From positions 1 to 21,859 of the forward strand of contig JBHIAE010000048.1 in assembly GCA_046758445.1 (NCBI GenBank): a stretch of DNA of 21,859 nucleotides, read 5' to 3'. Every line of letters begins with the position of its first letter. Position 1 is the stretch's first letter. The translations under genes were made by a program, and so were the position numbers. Below, piece after piece: positions 8,881 through 17,404 of the stretch. This stretch comes from Candidatus Thorarchaeota archaeon. GTDB taxonomy: Archaea; Asgardarchaeota; Thorarchaeia; Thorarchaeales; Thorarchaeaceae. The notes below the pieces were generated by a model. That model did no database searches and was not told the origin of the DNA. It was given only the letters and a program-made list of their open reading frames with translations.

Positions 8881-9044
8881 AGTCTTATTTCTCCTCCTGA
8901 GATTAACAATAGTGAAAAACACTGATGAATCGTCTGGATGTGCTAATGAATGTTGCTGTGTGTCCGAGGATAAGTCCCATGGCAGAGCTTCTTCAGGAAC
9001 GCTTAAAGAGTAGCCACCAGTGTTGAGAGAGAGTCGGTGCGGAA

Positions 9045-10043
9045 ATGACAGAGAGTCCGGTGAAACATAGATCAATCTTACCATACGCGATCTTACTTGT
9101 GCTCCTGTTGGTAGGAAACACGATGGTGGGTCTTGCGATGGGTCTGAATCATCTGCCTCTGCCTTTCGACATCTGGGTGACTACTCTGCTCTACCTTGTC
9201 TTCCCCATATTGTCAACAGTGGCCGCCTTTGCCGTCGGATACAGAGCAAAGAAAGTATCAGTCGAATATGACGCTCCTGAGTGGGACTATAAGCCGGCTC
9301 AGTTCTCGATGGAGGATGTTCAAAAGCTAGTAAGAGACCATCACCGCAAGTATCCAAGGCTCGAGTCAAGAAGCAATTACTGGTTCTTCCATCTGCCCAT
9401 AATCATAATCATCCTCATCTACGCATTGCCATTCTACATTTCCTTTCTGGATTACAGCATACTTCCAATCGCACAACTCATTCTCCCCGTTGGACTCGCG
9501 ATAAACAGCATAGTCGCCGCGGTTGGAGCCTTTCTCGCAGCCTCCAACGATGCATCACAGGACTTTACGCTACCACTTATTCGAGAGGCACTATGGCTAG
9601 CAAGGGAGCAGTCTAAGGCTAGAGGTGTTTCGCAGATTCGAGTGATTATGGACCAAGCTGAGGTCGGTGACTTCAAAGTATTCCGGAACCCTCGCGTAAT
9701 TCTACGGGCAGCTGGCTTTGAGAAGAATGGTTACATTGAGTCGTGGTCTGAAGATCTGAAATCTATCACCAGACTTCTCTGTCGGTTGAACGAAGCCGGG
9801 AATCATGGACAGGTAATATGGTGGTGGCAATCACAAAACCGCAACTTCAGGAAGTATACTAGTTCTGATGACGAAGGATACTACGTTCGAACTCCAGTTC
9901 CATCATTATTCAAGGAGCTCGGAGTCCGCGATGTCGTTGAAGTCACAGAGAATGCCATAGCTATACTCTTGCTCGAAATGGCTCTCTTGAAGGGTGAGAC
10001 TAACAAGCTGCGGTTTCTTTTGTCAGAGCTTGGAGTGAAGTAG
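9045..10043 (+). CDS. Hypothetical 4-TM membrane protein, paralog A
   Basis: 332-aa ORF: two TM helices, a W-containing loop, two TM helices, then a soluble C-terminal domain. Confidence 0.8.
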   Translation: MTESPVKHRSILPYAILLVLLLVGNTMVGLAMGLNHLPLPFDIWVTTLLYLVFPILSTVAAFAVGYRAKKVSVEYDAPEWDYKPAQFSMEDVQKLVRDHHRKYPRLESRSNYWFFHLPIIIIILIYALPFYISFLDYSILPIAQLILPVGLAINSIVAAVGAFLAASNDASQDFTLPLIREALWLAREQSKARGVSQIRVIMDQAEVGDFKVFRNPRVILRAAGFEKNGYIESWSEDLKSITRLLCRLNEAGNHGQVIWWWQSQNRNFRKYTSSDDEGYYVRTPVPSLFKELGVRDVVEVTENAIAILLLEMALLKGETNKLRFLLSELGVK

Positions 10044-10097
10044 GCCCACCACAACGCCTATGTTGTTCCAATCTACTGGCCGTCTAGAGGGTTCCAT

Positions 10098-11030
10098 TTG
10101 TCGGAGGCAGTCATCAACCACAAGCCATTCCTACCGCTCTATATCCTTCTATTCATATTGCTGGTCGCATGGTCATTCGTCGGCATAGAAGTTGCCCAGT
10201 ACGCCATTGTGATGGCAGTCACCCTTCCTATAGTGTGGGTCTCATCTTCCACAGTTGTTCTGCTGTTTCTTGCAGTTCCCGTCTGGTTCATAGCGACATG
10301 GATCAAGAGAAGAATCTCGTATGCAGAGCCTGATTGGGACTTCCAAGTGAGAGAGATCTCCTATCGAGAGTTCGAGGCCATGATGAAGGAGTACATTCGA
10401 GAGTATTCTCCCATCGTGGCTAGGATGGACTGGCTCCCTCTGTTTGTGGCTGTTCTTGCCTTTGCTATATCCGTCCTGTTTCCGTTGCTTGTGTTGTCAT
10501 CGTTCCCACTGCTTGCTCTCTACATCCCCTACCTTTTTGGAGGACTAGTTCTTGTCTACGGTCTTGCTCTGTCCGTCTTTGTTCATAGAGCTACAAAGAA
10601 TGAGGCCAGTGAACAATTCCCTCTCCATCCTATGGGTGCCATCAGGATTGCCAGGCAAGTCCTCTCGTCGGTCACTGGGGTGTCATGGAGTGGGGTCAGG
10701 CTCTCGATAGGTGAAGCCGGTGGTTACTATACTATTCACAGCCCTTCGGCCGTGGCACGCGTGGAGGAGATTGAAGGCTCTGCCAGGATTGAGATCATGT
10801 TTGATGAGTTCGGTCTTCCGTCTTCAGGGTCGGCTGTGGTGGCACTACAGGACGGGAGCGAGAAGATGAGTAAGAAGACTAGTCTGACCGCACCTCTAGA
10901 CAATGAACAGTTCCTGGACCTTGTTAGATGGAGTGTGACGACATATATCGAAGACCGCGGGCCTAGTGAGTTCCTAGACCAGCTAATGGAGGAACTAGGA
11001 ACTCAGAAATCCCCTTCTAGTGCTCCCTGA
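10098..11030 (+). CDS. Hypothetical 4-TM membrane protein, paralog B
   Basis: 310-aa ORF with the same architecture and motifs as paralog A. Confidence 0.8.
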   Translation: MSEAVINHKPFLPLYILLFILLVAWSFVGIEVAQYAIVMAVTLPIVWVSSSTVVLLFLAVPVWFIATWIKRRISYAEPDWDFQVREISYREFEAMMKEYIREYSPIVARMDWLPLFVAVLAFAISVLFPLLVLSSFPLLALYIPYLFGGLVLVYGLALSVFVHRATKNEASEQFPLHPMGAIRIARQVLSSVTGVSWSGVRLSIGEAGGYYTIHSPSAVARVEEIEGSARIEIMFDEFGLPSSGSAVVALQDGSEKMSKKTSLTAPLDNEQFLDLVRWSVTTYIEDRGPSEFLDQLMEELGTQKSPSSAP

Positions 11031-11088
11031 AGCGATGAGCTTATCTCTGTACATAGACAGAATGGAACAAGATAGTGAGTGAAACATC

Positions 11089-12060
11089 TTGAGCGGGGAC
11101 GAAATCATTGACTACTCCCATCAAGGGAATGTAAACCGGGCATTTGCTCTGATTCTCATTATTGTCACAGTATTCGCAATCCTCTTGAGATTGAAGACTT
11201 CAGAGTACGAGTCTATCGTTCTCACTTTGTATTCGATAATCCCTGTTGGCCTGATGGTAGTTTCTGCCTTTCTGGGAGCATTGTCCAAACGTGCAATAGA
11301 CTATGTTGAGGGTGACTGGGAAGAGAGGAAGACTTGGGTCAGCTTCTCCGAATATCGAAGAATGGTCGAAGAATATGAAGACGCCTACGGTCATCTCTAT
11401 GGCAATCCTGGAGGATGCGTTGGACTGTTCTTCATGCTTCCTCTTGCTTTTGCGCTCGGTTTCCTTTCATCCTACTATCAGACTCTCGCCAGCCCACTAT
11501 TTGATCCAATTGTCGACTCACTACTCATCATTGTGATTCTGTATTCAGTGGTTGCTGTGATAGGTTTCGTCATCGGATTTAGGATTCCGTCCATTGACGC
11601 GGAGGAGTTCTTCAAACCTCCCGTCAAAGGTGATGTATACAACTTTGCCAGTCAGCTTGAGCAAGTGCCAGAGATTCGCGCTGGCCTGAATGTTGAGTTG
11701 GGTGTTCGTTCAGGTGTTCAAACGATACTGGGCGCCGAGGTCAAGACCTATGTCGAGGGTCTTCCGGACACTGTTTCTATACAAGTGCAAGTATCTCATT
11801 CGGGTTTCGCATATCCGTATCTTGTAGGAACAGTCTTCAAGGGGAGTCCGGTTCCCTCCTCGAAGGACCACTATCGGATCAACACACGCTATCCGGCACT
11901 TGTAGAAACGTCCATGGATGGAGAGGTTTCTGTTTTCGTGGCCCGTTTTGACATTCCAAGCCGTACAAGCAGTGTACCGAGCATCTCCAAGAGAGACTTC
12001 AGGAACCTTGCATCCCTTCTCGCAGTGATGTTGAAGGGGAACTATGATGGATCTCGGTAG
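11089..12060 (+). CDS. Hypothetical 4-TM membrane protein, paralog C
   Basis: 323-aa ORF with the same architecture; more divergent. Confidence 0.8.
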   Translation: MSGDEIIDYSHQGNVNRAFALILIIVTVFAILLRLKTSEYESIVLTLYSIIPVGLMVVSAFLGALSKRAIDYVEGDWEERKTWVSFSEYRRMVEEYEDAYGHLYGNPGGCVGLFFMLPLAFALGFLSSYYQTLASPLFDPIVDSLLIIVILYSVVAVIGFVIGFRIPSIDAEEFFKPPVKGDVYNFASQLEQVPEIRAGLNVELGVRSGVQTILGAEVKTYVEGLPDTVSIQVQVSHSGFAYPYLVGTVFKGSPVPSSKDHYRINTRYPALVETSMDGEVSVFVARFDIPSRTSSVPSISKRDFRNLASLLAVMLKGNYDGSR

Positions 12061-12149
12061 ACTCTACTCTATAGCGTCATAGACACCTTTAATTGAGGGT
12101 CAATTCCGGAAACAGTTTCGTAGTCCTCTGAGCTCGAGATGAATGAAGA

Positions 12150-12455
12150 ATGGGAACTGCGAACTGGACAAACAAATGGGTATTGATGCTGTTGGCAGGA
12201 ATTATCATCCAGATTGTTGCATACTCATTCATAGTCTTCTTCAAGCCGGCGGGCTTTATCAGTCACGAGTTCTTCTATGATGTTTCGCTTATTACCCTGG
12301 TTTCGATCGCGATTCAGATCGGCGGTTTCGGAGTAATTATGTCCAAGACAAATAACATGGACGCTTCAATCTATGGGCAGGGTCGACCATTCCAACACAA
12401 GCTTCGAGAAGAAGACAAGGAGCTAGCCACTAGAAAGCCAACTTCCGCTAAGTAG
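12150..12455 (+). CDS. Small 2-TM membrane protein
   Basis: Two hydrophobic helices and a charged tail; TTTAATT box near 12088. Confidence 0.65.
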   Translation: MGTANWTNKWVLMLLAGIIIQIVAYSFIVFFKPAGFISHEFFYDVSLITLVSIAIQIGGFGVIMSKTNNMDASIYGQGRPFQHKLREEDKELATRKPTSAK

Positions 12456-12496
12456 GATTGCCTTTTCTCTAGGCCAAGCGAACAGTAACACGATCT

Positions 12497-13348
12497 CTAC
12501 CACTCTAGTATTGGCGGGAATAATCTCGTTGGATCATGCGGCGGGATGAAACCGGGGAACCACACATTCATCAACGGCAGGTATGGTGCAATGATTATTG
12601 TCACGGCCACCAAGAGAGCGAATGTGAAGGTATGAACTGCGGTTACGTAGGTGTAGTAGGGACGGATGTAGCTATAGAACGCAAAAGCCGGTATGGACAA
12701 AGCAGCCATGGCCAAAATCTCTACAGGGCTGAAGAAGAAGGGAAGACATGCAGGGAATATGAAGTAAAACACCCAAGTTATCTTCTCGCTGGATGTTTCG
12801 TGATGTGCAATCTTGTGAATGCCATCGATGCCTTGTGACAAGAAGAAAACTGGAATGAACATCCACCATTGCAGTCCCACAAAGAACATTGCACCCGCGT
12901 AGAAGAAAAGGTCGCCGAAACTCTCGAATCTTTCCCAGAGCGGATTCCTTGAGAAGAACTCGGTCGCTTCAGTCATGTAGTATCCAATCATCTGAAAGGA
13001 CACAAGTACCGGCAGCAGGACAAAAGAGATGATTATCATCAAGGTTGCAACCTTTGGCAGCTGAGGTATCTTGCCCTCATGGTAGTTGTCGAGTGGATAT
13101 ATACCATGGAGGGTAAAAGCAGTAAGAAGACATAGGATCCCGCTTGGGAAATTTGACACGAGTATCTCCAAGGGTTGGAAGATATACATCCAGGGACCAA
13201 GGAAGGTGTATACATTCGAGGTCAGAGACTCGGGAAGAAGATACCAAACGCCAAACACGACTAGAAGCTCTGGTATCAACATCTTGAATCGATAGTCTTG
13301 AATGAACCTCATAATTGCCCCTGGCTCTTTGGTATCACCCATTGTCAT
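12497..13348 (-). CDS. Polytopic membrane protein of unknown function
   Basis: 283 aa with about 7 hydrophobic segments; no family motif recognised. Confidence 0.75.
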   Translation of the reverse strand: MTMGDTKEPGAIMRFIQDYRFKMLIPELLVVFGVWYLLPESLTSNVYTFLGPWMYIFQPLEILVSNFPSGILCLLTAFTLHGIYPLDNYHEGKIPQLPKVATLMIIISFVLLPVLVSFQMIGYYMTEATEFFSRNPLWERFESFGDLFFYAGAMFFVGLQWWMFIPVFFLSQGIDGIHKIAHHETSSEKITWVFYFIFPACLPFFFSPVEILAMAALSIPAFAFYSYIRPYYTYVTAVHTFTFALLVAVTIIIAPYLPLMNVWFPGFIPPHDPTRLFPPILEW

Positions 13349-13429
13349 TTACCGCCAGCGCTGGACCTCGAGCCCATCATCTATCACTTAAGCATATCTG
13401 ATGTGACTACAAGGATGGCCGGTCTGGAT

Positions 13430-15148
13430 CTAGGCGCGCTTTTTGGCAAGTGCCTTCCGTCTGACAACTCTATTGCAGGACTGGATTGCTGGACAACCCA
13501 AGCAGTCCTCCGGAACATCCGTCACAGAATGGTCTCCGTACAGAAGGACCTGCTCTGGGACTGCAGTCCCAGGAGTAGCAACGACTGGCGCACTCTCCTT
13601 GCCTGTTATTCGAACATTCGTCTTGTGAACTTCAAGATCCTCATCGAGCTTCTCCATATCTCCGGCAACGATTACGGCGGTCGGTCCGACTCTTCTGACG
13701 ACATACTTGTTGAAGTCATCCAGCAGCAGAAGGTTCTCCAACTCCTTCTCAGTTTCTGTTTCAAAGAGGTATACCTCTGAAACTGATGCGAAAGTGGTTT
13801 GAGATGTCCAGTCTTTAATGGATCTCACGACGTTGCGAGGCACTGGCTTGCTGCTTTGTGTTTTGAGAAAGTCAAGGATGTCACTCTCCCTCAGGCCAAC
13901 CTCGGATGCTTGGAAGATTGACCTGTCTGTGATTTTGTAGGTACTGACAACGTCCGTCTTCACTGCCTCGGTCATCAGCATTAGCTGATACAGCACATAG
14001 TAGTCCATTTCTGATGTGTAAGCCGTCAGTTCGAAGTTAGGCGACACGAAGAAGGACTCTTGGGCGCCACGTTCATCTTGTTGAATTTCAGTCAGTACCC
14101 TCTCACCGACTTGAGTGAGTTTGACTGCCAAGAGCTTCTTGCCTCTGTAGGCTCCCTCTACAAGTCCGAGTAGAATCGGGGTTTCAAGGGCAAGTCTCAC
14201 TCTGTCGACATCCACTTGAACCCATTTGAGCGGCTGGGATTCAATGAACAACTCACTTCGAATCCAATCCTTCATCTCCTCAACAGAGATCCAACCTTCT
14301 GAGTTGCTCTCCCTCAGGCGACAGATGGCAAGGTTCATTGTGTACTCTGTTGGCTGGTCCGGTGTTGCCCAGATGGCCCTGGTCCTGCCCAAGGCTGTTA
14401 GTAGGAGTCTACGCGAAACAACATCCTGCTTTCCTATGAAGAGCGCTTCAACTTTCCCAGGCACCACTCTGTCTTCTTCAACAATGGCATACGCTCCTGC
14501 CTTCCGGGCCATCTTTTGAACGAGTTCAAACCTCTCTTCAGTTGGCTTCGACATTGCAGCCATGACATGGTCCATCTCACGTTTTGGAAACTCCCATGAG
14601 CTAGTCATTCTGACTTCATGTTTAGCAACGTACGACGCGAGCAGCAGGATATCGATGAGCAACGTATCGCGCTCATCAACGATGGTCTTCGCCCTCTCTG
14701 GCAGTTCAAGACTCGGAGCAGGCTTGTTTGAGAATAGTTCGACAAGATGAGGTATGAAGAAATCGAGGACCTTGAACTCAGCCACCTCTCTTCCGAACTC
14801 AGTCAGCCTCGACATCATTCTACGAATTATGACCGCCTTCTTCCTAAGATCTCTCTCAGTCTGATTCAGCTGGCCATAGCTGTAGATCTTTCGGAAGGGC
14901 TTTAGTCTGTCATGACTTAGGGCTCCACGGCTCAGTGTTAGCATTCCCAGCAAGTCTTTCTCTTTGTCTGTGAAAGTATCAAACACACGCTTCCTAGCCG
15001 TTTCATCTCTCATCTTCTCTGCCAGTAGGGCTATTAGCTTGGTCCCTGATTCGCTGCTGCTGACATCTATGTCCCAATACTGGCAAGCGACCATGAGGTC
15101 CTCTCTAAGTACGTGCTCCAATTCTTTCTCCAGAGATTCTTTGGGCAT
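13430..15148 (-). CDS. Helicase-associated domain protein (Helicase_C_3 / TFIIH p52-Tfb2-like), putative XPB partner
   Basis: FFVSPNFEL...DVVSTYKITDRSIFQASEVGLRESDILDFLKTQSSKPVPRNVVRSIKDW resembles the p52 clutch / XPB N-terminal domain. It is preceded by winged-helix-like segments (VKLTQVGERVL). Start set to ATG 15148. Confidence 0.82.
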   Translation of the reverse strand: MPKESLEKELEHVLREDLMVACQYWDIDVSSSESGTKLIALLAEKMRDETARKRVFDTFTDKEKDLLGMLTLSRGALSHDRLKPFRKIYSYGQLNQTERDLRKKAVIIRRMMSRLTEFGREVAEFKVLDFFIPHLVELFSNKPAPSLELPERAKTIVDERDTLLIDILLLASYVAKHEVRMTSSWEFPKREMDHVMAAMSKPTEERFELVQKMARKAGAYAIVEEDRVVPGKVEALFIGKQDVVSRRLLLTALGRTRAIWATPDQPTEYTMNLAICRLRESNSEGWISVEEMKDWIRSELFIESQPLKWVQVDVDRVRLALETPILLGLVEGAYRGKKLLAVKLTQVGERVLTEIQQDERGAQESFFVSPNFELTAYTSEMDYYVLYQLMLMTEAVKTDVVSTYKITDRSIFQASEVGLRESDILDFLKTQSSKPVPRNVVRSIKDWTSQTTFASVSEVYLFETETEKELENLLLLDDFNKYVVRRVGPTAVIVAGDMEKLDEDLEVHKTNVRITGKESAPVVATPGTAVPEQVLLYGDHSVTDVPEDCLGCPAIQSCNRVVRRKALAKKRA

Positions 15149-15283
15149 GTTGATTTCCCAGACCACCAAACTGTTCGGTAGCAACCAAGGCCCCTGAATC
15201 TTACTGTTTAAGACCATTTTGGTTCTGTACATCTCGTTGCTGATATTCAGAAGATGGCAGGCTAAAGACAACCTTATTTCGGG

Positions 15284-16426
15284 GTGAGCTCTACAAGTGG
15301 CCGCGTGGACCTATTGGAACCGCCTCTCTGGAGTGTCAAATACAGTCCCACTACCTGGGATGATTTCGTCGGCCAAGACCAAGCCATCACTCAGCTTCTT
15401 AGCCTTGCAGAGTCCGGGTCATGTCCAAACATGATTCTACACGGCCCGTACGGCACAGGAAAGACGAGTGCCGCCCTAGTATTCTCTCGGACACTACTGG
15501 GTGACGCCTTCGCGTCCAACTTCAAACTGCTCAATGTACGAGATGTTATCGGATATCCGATTTCGAAAGCAAAGCGTGACATTCGTGCTTTGGCGAAGCT
15601 GGATAGAAGTCAGCGCTCCGAGCTAGATGAGTACATGTCTGTAGTCTTCAGAGAGGTCAAGACTGAGCTGAAGGCAAAAGGGAGGAAGCGAGACCCGAAT
15701 AGATCACAGCTCCTGCAGGGAGCCATCCGACTGTTTGCATCTACGGTCACAGTCGCGGACGAAAGTGTCAAGGTGCTCCTTCTCGATGAGGCAGACGCCC
15801 TGACAGGCAATATGCAGCAAGCACTGCGCAGAACTATGGAGATCTATAGCGACGTCTGCAGATTCATATTTACGACGCCAACTCTTGCAGGATGGAGTCC
15901 TGCCGTGATATCCAGATGCATCACTCTTAATCTCCCAAGTCCGTCATCAGATGAGGTTGTCACTCTTGCGAGTGATATCGCATCAAAGGAAGGTGTCGAT
16001 ATAGACTCGGCAGCTCTTGAAGCATTGGCCAAAGAGTCAAGTGGGAACCTCCGGCGTGCTGTTAATCTCCTGCAAATTGCTGCTGCTGACGGGAAGTCTG
16101 TAACGAAGGACAAAGTCTACGCGAGCTCAGAGACCAAGCTCGCCCGAGGCGTGCGCCAAATGGTGACCTTAGCCCTTGATGGGTCCTTTTTGGAGTCCAG
16201 GAAGGAGTTAAGGAGGTTACTGGGAATCGAGAGCTATCCGCCTCATGAAGTCTGCCTTGAGATTCAGAGGAATCTTGTAAGTAGGCCCTTTGAACCTCAA
16301 GTTCTAGAGACTCTCATTGACAGAGTGGCTGAGATCGACCATCGTCTTGTCCAAGCTCAGAACCCATTCCTCCAGATTACAGCACTCTTGGCCTCGATAA
16401 GGAGAATCGCTTCAGATGCAACCTAA
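15284..16426 (+). CDS. Replication factor C small subunit paralog with internal insertion
   Basis: LWSVKYSP..WDDFVGQ, GPYGTGKT, LLLDEADALT.NMQQALRRTME, SRC motif, GNLRRAVNLLQ, and the C-terminal AEIDHRL..AQNPFLQITALLA. Confidence 0.9.
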   Translation: MSSTSGRVDLLEPPLWSVKYSPTTWDDFVGQDQAITQLLSLAESGSCPNMILHGPYGTGKTSAALVFSRTLLGDAFASNFKLLNVRDVIGYPISKAKRDIRALAKLDRSQRSELDEYMSVVFREVKTELKAKGRKRDPNRSQLLQGAIRLFASTVTVADESVKVLLLDEADALTGNMQQALRRTMEIYSDVCRFIFTTPTLAGWSPAVISRCITLNLPSPSSDEVVTLASDIASKEGVDIDSAALEALAKESSGNLRRAVNLLQIAAADGKSVTKDKVYASSETKLARGVRQMVTLALDGSFLESRKELRRLLGIESYPPHEVCLEIQRNLVSRPFEPQVLETLIDRVAEIDHRLVQAQNPFLQITALLASIRRIASDAT

Positions 16427-17375
16427 GTCATTGGTCAAAAGGGTTCATGGCCATCGACTAGCAGAATTGGAGGAGATGATTGAGAGGGAGTTACAGCTTG
16501 GTGGGCTTCAGATTGCAGATACATTGCTGGGCGGGATGACGAACATCAACCTCCTTTGTGACTCCGAAGAAGCCAAGTTTGTTCTGAAACTTCCTGGTCT
16601 CAGGATGAGTGTCGGTGAAAATCCTTTTGCGAATGAGTATGCTATCTGTCAGCATTTCGCGGTCGAAGGACTATGCCCACGACCTGTATCACTGGGCCGT
16701 CTAAATGACGAAGATGCCACTCCCTACATGGTCTACCATTACGAATCGGGAAGTGTTCATTGGAGCCTTGAATCAATGAGTGTACACGAGTTGACACTCC
16801 TCAGGGCAGCACTAGAGAAGCTCAGCCGAGCCGCTCCCCCGGACGTAAGGACTTACTCAAAGCCCTCCGACTTCCTGAACAGACGGCGTGATCGGATGGA
16901 GTCAGTGCGTGCAACGACAAGAGTGGAAACACCTAGGATCAAGAAGCTCTCTGGGACTGTCGACGGCCTATTTGTGGCACTCAGGGACCAGGTATATTCA
17001 GAACTGCCTTGGTCGGGGACCTTGATGCACGGAGACCTGAGGCCGAGCAATATTGTGTTCCAGAAGAATCGAGCCGTTCTTCTTGATTGGGGGGAATGCT
17101 CCTACGGAGATGCCCTCCTAGACGTAGCATATCTGATGACAGAACCTCAAGGCGAGCAGGCAGAGCATATCCCACTGATAGGCGGAGAAGAAGAGCAGTC
17201 GATCGTTGAGTCAATGAAAGTGCTATCTCTGATGGCTGCAATCGCTTGGACAGCAGAACGCTTGATTCGAATCGAACTCGGACATATCGAAGAGAACCTG
17301 GCAAGCAGTGAGATTGTGCGGTCTATGTCAGCGTACTTTGAAGAAAAAGTTGGGCTGCTGAGGAAACGTCTTTAG
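16416..17375 (+). CDS. Aminoglycoside phosphotransferase / choline kinase-like phosphotransferase
   Basis: LLGGMTNIN, FVLK, HGDLRPSNI, LLDWGE, GDALLDVAYL. Overlaps the rfc-like gene by 11 nt. Confidence 0.88.
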   Translation: MQPKSLVKRVHGHRLAELEEMIERELQLGGLQIADTLLGGMTNINLLCDSEEAKFVLKLPGLRMSVGENPFANEYAICQHFAVEGLCPRPVSLGRLNDEDATPYMVYHYESGSVHWSLESMSVHELTLLRAALEKLSRAAPPDVRTYSKPSDFLNRRRDRMESVRATTRVETPRIKKLSGTVDGLFVALRDQVYSELPWSGTLMHGDLRPSNIVFQKNRAVLLDWGECSYGDALLDVAYLMTEPQGEQAEHIPLIGGEEEQSIVESMKVLSLMAAIAWTAERLIRIELGHIEENLASSEIVRSMSAYFEEKVGLLRKRL

Positions 17376-17404
17376 ATGTGACGCTTCAACACGAGTTGAC
17401 TTGG

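Noticed and set aside
12760-12850. QGIDG as a CDP-alcohol phosphatidyltransferase motif
   Set aside because: The DGxxAR...G...D...D pattern is incomplete.
1653-15271. Extended N-termini in the ORF track (1653, 2099, 3812, 5241, 6415, 9084, 15271)
   Set aside because: They overlap neighbouring genes or promoters. Family homology and RBS/TATA positions support the shorter starts.
15530-15725. RFC insertion as an intein
   Set aside because: Too short, and it lacks the N-terminal Cys/Ser and C-terminal His-Asn splice motifs.
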